Shown: piece after piece, positions 20,796 to 29,248 of the stretch
Layout of the letters: each line of letters opens with the position of its first letter
How positions within the stretch are numbered: position 1 is the first letter of the stretch
From: Desulfovibrio sp. UCD-KL4C
GTDB lineage: Bacteria > Desulfobacterota > Desulfovibrionia > Desulfovibrionales > Desulfovibrionaceae
DNA: 64,000 nt
Assembly: GCF_006210265.1 (NCBI RefSeq)
Contig: NZ_VCNC01000007.1
Coordinates: forward strand, 34,377 to 98,376
Direction of reading: 5' to 3'
Position numbers and translations under genes: made by a program
The notes under the pieces: generated by a model
The model's database searches: none
What the model saw: only the letters and a program-made list of their open reading frames with translations
Told to the model about the DNA's origin: nothing

Positions 20796-20820
20796 AACGG
20801 GGAAGCAATGCCTCCCCGTT
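20796..20820. terminator. hairpin just downstream of hisG
   Basis: aacgggga (20796-20803) pairs with tccccgtt (20813-20820). The T-rich tail is on the plus side. Confidence 0.5.
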
Positions 20821-20836
20821 ATATTTATATATTCTG

Positions 20837-21712
20837 CTAGATTACCTTGTTAAGCGGATACTCAATGATACCTTCTGCTCCCATTGAGATGAGCTCGGGG
20901 ATAAGTTCACGAACTGCAATTTCTTCGATCATGATTTCAACTGAAACCCATGATGGATCAGAAAGGTTTGCCACAGTAGGTGAATTTAGACTTGGCATCA
21001 TTTTCATTGCTTTTTCAAGCGCAGCTTTCGGCATATTCATTTTTAGGCCAACCATTTTCTGAGCTTTAAGTGCTCCCTGTAGAAGTAAATTAATGTTTTC
21101 AATCTTTTTACGTTTCCAAGGGTTAGCCCATGCTTCCTTGTTGGCAATAAGCATTGTGTTTGTTGCCATCAGGTCGGATATAATGCGTAGCCCGTTTGCT
21201 TTGATGGTTGTACCTGTTTCGGTAACTTCAACAATAGCATCGCAAAGACCTTCTACAACCTTAGCTTCGGTTGCTCCCCATGAGTATGAAACTTCAACTG
21301 GAACGTTGATTGATTCAAAGTATCTTTTGGTGAAGCCCATAAGTTCTGTTGAGATTCTTTTGCCGGCTAGGTCTTGAGCTGTTTTGTAAGGAGAATCTCC
21401 TGCAACTGCTAAAACCCAATGTGCTTGGCGGTTACTTACCTTTGAGTAAATGAGGTCGGAAACTTCAACAACATCCGACTGATTCTCAAGGATCCAGTCT
21501 TTTCCGGTGAGACCTACATCAAGGGTTCCGTTTTCAACGTACTGAGAAATTTCCTGCGCACGGCACATAGCACATGTCAGTTCATCATCGTTTACATCTG
21601 GGAAATAATTGCGGTGGTGCAGATTTATTTTCCAACCTGATTTTTCGAAAAGATTGATTGTTGCATCTTGCAGGGAGCCTTTTGGTAGACCTATTTTAAG
21701 CATATTGGACAT
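20837..21712 (-). CDS. hisG: ATP phosphoribosyltransferase (long form)
   Basis: 291 aa covering the catalytic and C-terminal regulatory domains. Overlaps hisI by 1 nt. Confidence 0.9.
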   Translation of the reverse strand: MSNMLKIGLPKGSLQDATINLFEKSGWKINLHHRNYFPDVNDDELTCAMCRAQEISQYVENGTLDVGLTGKDWILENQSDVVEVSDLIYSKVSNRQAHWVLAVAGDSPYKTAQDLAGKRISTELMGFTKRYFESINVPVEVSYSWGATEAKVVEGLCDAIVEVTETGTTIKANGLRIISDLMATNTMLIANKEAWANPWKRKKIENINLLLQGALKAQKMVGLKMNMPKAALEKAMKMMPSLNSPTVANLSDPSWVSVEIMIEEIAVRELIPELISMGAEGIIEYPLNKVI

Positions 21713-22086
21713 TATTTATAAACCTCCTTGGGGTCAAAGATAAAGGGTGAACACTCTGAAACTTCACCATCCTTCAGTTCACGAAAAAAGCAGCTTCTGT
21801 ATCCTTTGTGGCACGCAGCTCCGCCGACCTGGTCAATCAGCAGTACCAAAGTATCATCATCGCAATCAATTCTGATGGACTTGATTTTTTGTACATGACC
21901 GGATGTGCCGCCTTTATGCCAGAGAGTTTGACGGCTTCTGCTCCAGTAATGGGCTTCACCTGTCTCAATGGTTTTATTCCACGATTCTTCATTCATGTAT
22001 GCCATCATCAGGACTTCTCCTGTTTCAGCATCCTGTGCGATGGCAGGTACGAGTCCGTTCATTTTTTCAAAATCAGGCTTCATCAT
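21712..22086 (-). CDS. hisI: phosphoribosyl-AMP cyclohydrolase
   Basis: 124 aa. The pattern [36 protein letters not shown] is typical of HisI. Confidence 0.9.
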   Translation of the reverse strand: MMKPDFEKMNGLVPAIAQDAETGEVLMMAYMNEESWNKTIETGEAHYWSRSRQTLWHKGGTSGHVQKIKSIRIDCDDDTLVLLIDQVGGAACHKGYRSCFFRELKDGEVSECSPFIFDPKEVYK

Positions 22087-22190
22087 ACAATCCTCTGTTT
22101 TAATAGGCTTTGTAGCCGCGTAATTTTAAAAAGTTTACTAAATGGAAGGTTATTCCAGATACTTGCCAATGTTAATTAATCCTTTAAGTG

Positions 22191-22229
22191 AAAAAAAAAG
22201 CGCCAACCTGAATTTCAGGCGGCGCTTTT
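22191..22229 (-). terminator. rho-independent terminator of fur
   Basis: On the minus strand: aaaagcgccgcctgaaattcaggttggcgc followed by a 9-T run. Confidence 0.75.
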
Positions 22230-22254
22230 AAGATTGCTTGTAGGAAAATGCGAT

Positions 22255-22692
22255 TTATTCGCTTTTGTCCTGACACTCCTTGCAAACGCCGAAGAGGTAC
22301 ATTTCATGATGGGAAAGCACAAAACCGTGCTTTTTAGCTAGTTCTTCCTGAAGATGTTCAATTTCAGGATCTACGGCTTCTATGGTCTTGCCGCAATGTT
22401 CACAAACTAGATGGTCGTGATGATCATGACCATATTTATGCTCGTAACGGAGCACACCATCATTAAAATCAACAGCCTTAGCAATGCCGGATTCATCGAG
22501 GAGTTTTAAAGTGCGGTAAACAGTTGCCTGTCCGATGGAAGAGTCTTCCTTACGGATGATATTGTAGAGTTCTTCAGACGAAACATGTCCTTCTTCATTA
22601 AGAAAAGCGTCAAGAATGGCTCTTCTTTGAGGAGTCATTTTTAGTCTCTGTTTGGACAGATACTCTGAAAAAATGTCTTTCGCTGATTTCAT
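22255..22692 (-). CDS. fur: Fur-family metal-dependent transcriptional repressor
   Basis: 145 aa. Winged-helix N-terminus, HHDHLVCEHCGKTIE and a C-terminal CKEC metal-site pair. Confidence 0.9.
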   Translation of the reverse strand: MKSAKDIFSEYLSKQRLKMTPQRRAILDAFLNEEGHVSSEELYNIIRKEDSSIGQATVYRTLKLLDESGIAKAVDFNDGVLRYEHKYGHDHHDHLVCEHCGKTIEAVDPEIEHLQEELAKKHGFVLSHHEMYLFGVCKECQDKSE

Positions 22693-22765
22693 TAACTTTA
22701 CTCGGCTAGCTGTTATTTAAGTTAGGACTAAAAAATCCCCTACAATGTAACAAAGGTAAATGTCA

Positions 22766-22775
22766 AATGATCATT
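22766..22775. promoter_or_regulatory. candidate Fur-box core (perfect palindrome aatgatcatt) upstream of fur
   Basis: 10-bp perfect palindrome about 75-85 bp upstream of the fur ATG. It resembles the AATGAT-ATCATT core of classical Fur boxes. The flanks are only weakly symmetric. Confidence 0.3.
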
Positions 22776-22824
22776 GCTCATAACGGAACATAATAGTATG
22801 AATGTTACAATTTAAAGGTGATTT

Positions 22825-22848
22825 AATATCAATATCAATATCGATATG
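22825..22848. repeat. tandem hexamers aatatc x3 + gatatg, including palindrome atatcgatat
   Basis: Read directly: aatatcaatatcaatatcgatatg, 22-45 bp upstream of the 22870 start. It overlaps the likely -10 region of that gene. Confidence 0.3.
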
Positions 22849-22869
22849 AATTTGACAAGGAGTTTAAAA

Positions 22870-23259
22870 ATGGAAGTTGAACAATTTATAGCCGAATGGG
22901 ATGTAGATTCAACCGGAGCCAAAGAAATTTTTGTTACACTGAAAAATCTGCTTGAGTCACTTGAAGCAACTAATCTGGAATTTAAAGCTAGGCCGGGCAT
23001 TACCTATTCACTTCGCGGAGTCAAAAAGACTCAGAGCAAGTGGCCTCTATATGTAATGGTTGATGTCATTGATGACGACCCGTCAGAACGTTGGCTTTCA
23101 GTCTGTTTTTTCGGAGATACAATAACCGACCCGGATGAGCTTGGTGATCTCGTTCCCGGTGGACTTCTTGGTCAAGACGGGCACTGTTTTGATGCTGATG
23201 ATTCTACGATGACGGATTACCTTGTTGCCAGAATTAAAGAAGCTCACGCTAATCAGTAA
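22870..23259 (+). CDS. hypothetical protein
   Basis: Start set to ATG 22870 (AGGAG RBS 8 nt upstream), 129 aa. I do not securely recognise a family. There is a vague DUF1801/YdhG-like pattern in ...WLSVCFFGDTITDPDELGDLVPGG.... Confidence 0.55.
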   Translation: MEVEQFIAEWDVDSTGAKEIFVTLKNLLESLEATNLEFKARPGITYSLRGVKKTQSKWPLYVMVDVIDDDPSERWLSVCFFGDTITDPDELGDLVPGGLLGQDGHCFDADDSTMTDYLVARIKEAHANQ

Positions 23260-23403
23260 TTTGATTTAGTGCGGAATTATTTTAGTTATTGCTCAACAAA
23301 TAGACCGGTTAGCATTTAAGATGTTTGCCGGTTTCTTTCTTTTAGAGCTTTGTGCAAGAACGCATTATGTACTATCTTTGCATAGTGGAGATTAATTAAG
23401 CTT

Positions 23404-24246
23404 ATGGCAAACAGAAAAAGTAATGAAGCCGTATCCTGCAAGCTTCTGCCATTCATGGGCAGTGGTGTGGAGGTTTTACGCGCTCATTATGTGACCCAGA
23501 CTTTTTCCAAACATTTCCACGAAGGTTATGCTGTCGGGTTTATTGAAAGCGGGGCAATGGGATTCAGGTATCGCGGTTCAAATTTACTAGCTTCTAAGGG
23601 ATCTATTAACCTTGTTGTCCCCGGTGAGATTCATGACGGTCATGCTGCATCAGATGAGGGGTGGAGATATCGCATGTTCTACCTGCCACCAGAAGTACTG
23701 ATGTCGGCCGCCAGAGAGCTGGGTAGTAAGCCTGTTCAGCCTTATTTCAGTATGGGGGTTCTCGAAGATACGGAACTTGCCGCAGCCATTTATGAAGCTC
23801 ATTTTATTTTACAGCAGGATGAAGCGACTGTTCTTGAAAAGGAAACACTGCTGCTACGGATGCTTATCAGCTGGATATCCCGTCATGGAGAGGTTCGGAC
23901 AAACTGTCCGGGGGTTGGCAGTGAGCATCGCGCTGTCCGTCTTGCCCGTGAGTATATGCAGGACCAGCCTGCTGAAAATGTCGGGCTTGAAAAGCTTGCC
24001 GGACTTGGCGGTTTAAGTCCTTTTCATTTTGTGCGGGTATTTGAAAAACATTTCGGCATAACCCCTCATGCCTATCTTATGCAGACCAGAGTTAACCACG
24101 CAAAAAATATGCTGAGCCGTTCCATGCGTATTGCAGATATTGCTGCCGAATGCGGTTTTGCAGATCAGAGTCATTTAACACGTCAGTTCCGCCGCCAGTT
24201 CGGGCTTACCCCCGGTCAGTACCGCAAGATTGTTCAAAACAATTAG
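23404..24246 (+). CDS. AraC-family transcriptional regulator
   Basis: 280 aa. Cupin-like N-terminus and C-terminal dual HTH (SPFHFVRVFEKHFGITPHAYL...GFADQSHLTRQFRRQFGLTPGQYR). Confidence 0.9.
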   Translation: MANRKSNEAVSCKLLPFMGSGVEVLRAHYVTQTFSKHFHEGYAVGFIESGAMGFRYRGSNLLASKGSINLVVPGEIHDGHAASDEGWRYRMFYLPPEVLMSAARELGSKPVQPYFSMGVLEDTELAAAIYEAHFILQQDEATVLEKETLLLRMLISWISRHGEVRTNCPGVGSEHRAVRLAREYMQDQPAENVGLEKLAGLGGLSPFHFVRVFEKHFGITPHAYLMQTRVNHAKNMLSRSMRIADIAAECGFADQSHLTRQFRRQFGLTPGQYRKIVQNN

Positions 24247-24289
24247 ATATTATTGTGATTAGTCTTGGCCTCCTTACAGGAGGAATATT

Positions 24290-25198
24290 ATGTTTAAGGC
24301 TTATCTAAATCTTACTTTGGCAATGGTTATTGTCGGCAGCTCCGTAGTTGCCGGAAAAATAATGGTAGACCAGTTGCCAATTTATTTTTCATCGGCGTTT
24401 CGTTTTTTGATTGCATCTTTGATAATCGTCCCGATTTTATACCTGCGTGAAGGTGGGTTCCCTAAGTTATCAAGACGCAGTTGGTTAGTGCTTGGTGTTC
24501 AATCTTTATGTGGATCATTTTTGTTTACAGTTTTTTTATTATCCGGCCTCAGTATAATCAGTACTGCGTCAGCTGGAATTATCACCAGTACAACTCCTGC
24601 CTTTATGGGGATTATCGGATGGTTTTTCTTTAAAGAACATCCTTCCGGCAGGATAATTGCGGGGATTATACTATCTATGATAGGTGTTATGGTTCTCAAT
24701 GTTGCAGGGACGAGTGGCTTATCTGAATCTTCATTTTGGGGGTATTTGCTGGTGCTTGCAGCTGTTGCTGCGGAATCCATGTTTTTGCTTTTTCGTAAGT
24801 GGATACCTGAAACATTATCGCCGTTGGCAGCAACCACAATAATTTCAGTATTCGGGTTTGCATGGTTTTTGCCAGCCGGAATTTATGATCTGCTAACTGT
24901 TGATTTGACTCCTGCCGGTCCTGTTGCTTGGATGGCAGTCGTATATTACGGAGTGGTTGTCACCGTTTTAGCTTATCTTTTCTGGTTTGCCGGAATCGTT
25001 TCTGTGCCTGCATCAGTAGCAAGCGTGTTTACAGGAGTTATGCCTATTTCGGCAGTTGCTCTTTCAGCTTTGATCCTTGGAGAGAAGTTGCAATGGTTTC
25101 ACTATGCTGGGTGTCTTTTTGTGCTGAGTGGTATTTTCCTTATTTCCGGTATTAGTTCTGCCGGATTCGAATTAAAATTCAAAAAAAAGAACCCGTAA
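24290..25198 (+). CDS. EamA/DMT-family transporter
   Basis: 302-aa polytopic membrane ORF 43 bp downstream of the AraC gene. Confidence 0.85.
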   Translation: MFKAYLNLTLAMVIVGSSVVAGKIMVDQLPIYFSSAFRFLIASLIIVPILYLREGGFPKLSRRSWLVLGVQSLCGSFLFTVFLLSGLSIISTASAGIITSTTPAFMGIIGWFFFKEHPSGRIIAGIILSMIGVMVLNVAGTSGLSESSFWGYLLVLAAVAAESMFLLFRKWIPETLSPLAATTIISVFGFAWFLPAGIYDLLTVDLTPAGPVAWMAVVYYGVVVTVLAYLFWFAGIVSVPASVASVFTGVMPISAVALSALILGEKLQWFHYAGCLFVLSGIFLISGISSAGFELKFKKKNP

Positions 25199-25312
25199 CA
25201 ACCTCGGTGAGTGATTAATAGTAATCTTTTTAATTTTTTAATTGAATCATTAAGCTTTTTTCTGGTACTTATATACTCCTAAAGTTTATTGTTGCTTAAA
25301 AACGGAGTAACC

Positions 25313-26677
25313 ATGAGTAAACAAAGAGTTCGTATTCAGGATGAGCGGCCTGTTATTGAAAAAATGCTGTTTCCGTTTAATCAATTTGTAAAAATTGAAT
25401 CATCCGGAGGAGTTGTCCTTATACTTTGCACTGTTGTTGCTTTGATTTGGGCGAATTCTACATTTGCTCATTTTTACGAAAATTTTAAAAATATTCCTCT
25501 TACAGTCGGAGTCGGTAAATTTGTTCTTTCAAAGCCTGCGATACTCTGGATTAACGATGGTCTTATGGTTGTGTTTTTCTTTCTTGTAGGACTTGAAATT
25601 AAGCGTGAGGTTTTGGTTGGTGAGCTTAACTCACTGAGACAGGCTTCTCTTCCGATTTGTGCTGCCGTAGGAGGAATGGTTGTTCCTGCTCTTACTTATG
25701 CTTATTTCAATCATGGAACACCTTCTGCGGCCGGATGGGGTATCCCCATGGCTACTGATATAGCGTTTAGTCTTGGCATACTGTCTCTCTTAGGCGACAG
25801 GGTGCCTATAAGTTTGAAAATATTTCTCACTGCAATTGCAATTGTTGATGATATCGGGGCTATTTTAGTTATAGCTGTTTTTTACTCAACAGGCGTGTCT
25901 CTGTGGATGATAGGTGTTGGATTGCTTTTCCTTTTGCTGATGTTTATGTTGAACAGAATGGGTGTTAGGGCACCGCTTCCCTATTTAATTCTCGGAGTAT
26001 TTATGTGGCTGGCATTTTTAAAAAGCGGAGTACACGCAACTGTAGCTGGGGTTCTTGCAGCAATGTCAATTCCAGCCTCCACTACCACATGCTGTAATAA
26101 ATTTACTTTTTCAATTCGTAAAAGTTTATCTGATTATGAAGTTGCAGTCGGAGACAGTGCAGTTACTCTTTCTAATAAGCAAATGCTTTCGTCGCTCTCA
26201 GAAATGCATAATGATATTATGATGGCTTCTCCCCCTTTAAAGAGAATTGAACATAGCCTGCATTATTATGTAGCCTTTGCTATTATGCCGATATTTGCGC
26301 TTGCAAATGCCGGAATAAGTTTTTCAGCTGATGCTGGTGGGAGTGGACTGGATATTTTCCATCCGGTAAGCATTGGTATTTTTTTAGGGCTTATTGCGGG
26401 TAAAACTATAGGTATTTGTCTTGCTAGTTGGCTGGCTATTAAGGTTGGTATTGCAGATTCTCCTTCGACTATGCATAGATGGCATTTTTTAGGGGCAGGG
26501 TTGCTTGCAGGTATCGGGTTTACCATGTCTATCTTTATCACAACTCTTGCATGGGGAAATAATGCAGCGTTTGTTATAGATGCTAAATTCAGTATTCTTG
26601 TTGCATCCACTGTTGCAGGTCTTCTAGGATTTCTTGTTTTACGTAATTGCAAGATTGGAACAAATCGTGAGGTTTAG
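25313..26677 (+). CDS. nhaA: Na+/H+ antiporter NhaA
   Basis: Start set to ATG 25313 (GGAG RBS). Conserved WINDGLMVVFFFLVGLEIKRE and ATDIAFSLG...VDDIGAILVIA motifs. Confidence 0.9.
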   Translation: MSKQRVRIQDERPVIEKMLFPFNQFVKIESSGGVVLILCTVVALIWANSTFAHFYENFKNIPLTVGVGKFVLSKPAILWINDGLMVVFFFLVGLEIKREVLVGELNSLRQASLPICAAVGGMVVPALTYAYFNHGTPSAAGWGIPMATDIAFSLGILSLLGDRVPISLKIFLTAIAIVDDIGAILVIAVFYSTGVSLWMIGVGLLFLLLMFMLNRMGVRAPLPYLILGVFMWLAFLKSGVHATVAGVLAAMSIPASTTTCCNKFTFSIRKSLSDYEVAVGDSAVTLSNKQMLSSLSEMHNDIMMASPPLKRIEHSLHYYVAFAIMPIFALANAGISFSADAGGSGLDIFHPVSIGIFLGLIAGKTIGICLASWLAIKVGIADSPSTMHRWHFLGAGLLAGIGFTMSIFITTLAWGNNAAFVIDAKFSILVASTVAGLLGFLVLRNCKIGTNREV

Positions 26678-26685
26678 CCTTCGTT

Positions 26686-27348
26686 ATGGATTTAGATTTT
26701 AATAAAGATCAATTACAGATAGTCGTAGCCCGTTATAGTGAAAATCTTGAATGGCTAAACGAATTTAATTGTTTTGCAACAGTTTACAACAAAGGTGAAA
26801 CTACAGTTGAAGGAGCCGTTGTCTTGCCGAATATCGGCAGGGAAGGACATACATATCTGACACATTTAGTTAGAAATTATCATGATCTTCCAGAGTATAC
26901 TGTCTTTTTACAGGGTTCTCCTTTTTTCCATATGGAAGGTGGAGCTGACTGCGCAAAACTTACTGAAACTATTCAAGAATGTATGACTAAAAAGGTCCCT
27001 TTTAAAGGTTTTGCGTGGTTTCGGCTCAGGTGTGATCGTCTGGGAAGGCCTCATCAAATGGCTGACCCTGCCAGTAAGGGAAAGTGGTCCGGCTGGGGTA
27101 AAGATATTCCGGTAGGAGATGTCTATGACAAACTATTTAATAGAACACCTCCACAGCAATTTATTGCGAGTGCAGCAACAGGTCTTTTTATAGTGCGCAA
27201 AGATAGAATTCTAACCCGTTCATTGGAATTTTATAAAAAAGCGCTTTCAATTATTGAAGCTGACCCGTACGACGAGTACAACACCGGACATGCTTTTGAA
27301 CGCTTATGGCAGATTATTTTTAATGGTAGTAAAGCAATAAACCCGTAA
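26686..27348 (+). CDS. hypothetical protein, DUF3431-like
   Basis: 220 aa. VARYSENLEWL...VYNKG...LPNIGREGHTYLTHLVRNYHDLPEYTVFLQG matches my recollection of the DUF3431 signature. Unverified. Confidence 0.6.
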   Translation: MDLDFNKDQLQIVVARYSENLEWLNEFNCFATVYNKGETTVEGAVVLPNIGREGHTYLTHLVRNYHDLPEYTVFLQGSPFFHMEGGADCAKLTETIQECMTKKVPFKGFAWFRLRCDRLGRPHQMADPASKGKWSGWGKDIPVGDVYDKLFNRTPPQQFIASAATGLFIVRKDRILTRSLEFYKKALSIIEADPYDEYNTGHAFERLWQIIFNGSKAINP

Positions 27349-27476
27349 TTTTTAATGTTTCATATTTTTCTGCCTTCCTTCTCCATTTATTCTGCACATT
27401 TTTTCTGATCAAAAATGCAAGGTCAACCTTAGTTTTTTTCTTTATTTTCCCTTTAATAAATTTACAGCAAAAAAGT

Positions 27477-27491
27477 GTGAACAGTGTTTAC
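27477..27491. promoter_or_regulatory. candidate TetR operator (imperfect palindrome gtgaaca-g-tgtttac)
   Basis: 7-1-7 inverted repeat with one mismatch per arm, about 35 bp upstream of the TetR ATG. Confidence 0.25.
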
Positions 27492-27522
27492 TTTTTTGTT
27501 GAGGCTTGATATTTCGGGATTT

Positions 27523-28173
27523 ATGACAACAGTCGAAAAAAAGAAAATTGATCATGATCGAATGAAACGTTTGATTTTGAATGCAGCAAAAGAGCTCTTT
27601 GCCAAAGACGGGTTTGAAAATGTTTCAATACGTAAAATAGCTTCATGTATTAATTATAGTCCCGCAGCGCTTTATAGATATTTTCAGAACAAAGAAGATA
27701 TTATTCTCTGCCTTAAGCAGGAAGGTATGCAAAAGTTCGGAGATGCTCAAAAGCATCTGGCAGATATCGAAGACCCCTTTGAAAGGGTGAAAGAGTGTGG
27801 GCGGCTTTACTTAACTTATGCCTCTAATGAACCTGAATATTATGATCTTCTTTTTAATAAAGTTGCGCCTTCTTTTTGTGATCCTGAAAAATGGGCAGGA
27901 AAACCTCAGCAATCTTTCTTAAATTTTAAAGAAACTGTCCGCGAATGTATTGAAACAGGAGTGCTTGGCGATGTTTCAGTTGATACTACTGTGGCCGCTT
28001 TGTGGGCCTGCGTTCACGGTCTGGCATCATTGACGATGACTGGCAGGTTGAAAAGCTCGCTGCCTGATATTGATATTGATTCTGTTTTTGAAAATGTTCT
28101 TTGTTTTATAACAATCCCTCAAATTGAGCGGGAAAAAATGAGAAAGGCGAAGTTTGATGAAGATAAAAAGTAG
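27523..28173 (+). CDS. TetR/AcrR-family transcriptional regulator
   Basis: Start set to ATG 27523. TetR HTH is ELFAKDGFENVSIRKIASCINYSPAALYRYFQNKEDI. Confidence 0.85.
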   Translation: MTTVEKKKIDHDRMKRLILNAAKELFAKDGFENVSIRKIASCINYSPAALYRYFQNKEDIILCLKQEGMQKFGDAQKHLADIEDPFERVKECGRLYLTYASNEPEYYDLLFNKVAPSFCDPEKWAGKPQQSFLNFKETVRECIETGVLGDVSVDTTVAALWACVHGLASLTMTGRLKSSLPDIDIDSVFENVLCFITIPQIEREKMRKAKFDEDKK

Positions 28174-29170
28174 CTGTGTTGATTTCTTACTTTCTTTTAT
28201 ACTGCTTACGTTGATCAATCTTGCATATCCTGTAACGCTAATGGCTTCTTCCCCTGATATTTTTGAAGCAGTGGCTGCGCCGCGAATGATCTCTTTGACC
28301 GGATTCACTAGACCTAGAGTTGAAATGACTTTGGTGAGTGAAGAGTCAGCCATGTGTATTGCTGTGCATGCCGATGTAGGTGACACAATCGGTTCAAACG
28401 GGTTGTTTGTGAATCTTGATCCAAAGTTTATCAATCTTGAAATAGCACAGCTTAAGGCTGATATAAATAGGCTTAAGTCTGATATGAATTACTACCATAA
28501 AGAGGCTGATCGCTATATTAAGCTGGTTAAAAAGAATACGGCCTCTCAATCCGAACTTGATCTGCATATACGTAATTTGAACAGTGCTGAAAGCCTTCTA
28601 AGGTCAACTCAACTTAAGCTTGACGTTAATAAGGAGCATTTACGTCGTTACACTTTGCGTGCTCCTGCAGGTTGGAGAGTTATCAAACGTTACATAGAGC
28701 CTGGGGAGTGGGTTACTAAAGGTGAAAAAGTAGCCGAACTAGGGAATTTTAAGACTCTTCTAGTGCCGTATGCCCTCACAGTAAAAGAACTTGAGAAGAT
28801 TGACAGTATGGGGGGCAAAGTCACCCTTGATCTCCCTGATATTGATAAATCTGTTGTAGCAAATCTTGAACGTATTTCCCCAGATTTTGATCCTGAATCA
28901 CGTAAAATTGACGTTGATTTTAAGATTAGTTCTGGCGATTTTAATTTCAGAGGCGGACTTCGTACAGAGCTTAAGATTGAAATGGTTGACCCTGGAGGAT
29001 CAGTAATTGTTCCCACATCTGCTGTTGTTAAAACATATGACGATTATTTTCTTGTCAGGCCTGACGGTGTGAGGGTTAAGGTTCTGATTCTTGGTAAAAC
29101 AGAAGATGGAAAACTTCGTGTTTCATCAAGGGCAGTAAAAGCTGGTCAAAAGTTTTTGCTGAAGCCGTAG
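28157..29170 (+). CDS. efflux RND periplasmic adaptor (membrane-fusion) protein
   Basis: About 337 aa. N-terminal signal/anchor, coiled-coil hairpin region (LKADINRLKSDMNYY...), then beta-barrel segments. Overlaps the TetR stop and precedes the RND pump. Confidence 0.8.
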   Translation: MKIKSSCVDFLLSFILLTLINLAYPVTLMASSPDIFEAVAAPRMISLTGFTRPRVEMTLVSEESAMCIAVHADVGDTIGSNGLFVNLDPKFINLEIAQLKADINRLKSDMNYYHKEADRYIKLVKKNTASQSELDLHIRNLNSAESLLRSTQLKLDVNKEHLRRYTLRAPAGWRVIKRYIEPGEWVTKGEKVAELGNFKTLLVPYALTVKELEKIDSMGGKVTLDLPDIDKSVVANLERISPDFDPESRKIDVDFKISSGDFNFRGGLRTELKIEMVDPGGSVIVPTSAVVKTYDDYFLVRPDGVRVKVLILGKTEDGKLRVSSRAVKAGQKFLLKP

Positions 29171-29248
29171 TCCTGTAAGTTAATCAATGAATATTTCTAT
29201 TATTTCAGTTTACTGTAAGACAGTTGCAATCAGTCAAGGAGCCTTTGC

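Noticed and set aside
25163-25173. ggattcgaatt, which resembles a tRNA T-loop
   Set aside because: It lies inside the EamA coding region, with no acceptor or anticodon stems around it. No tRNA was found anywhere in the window.
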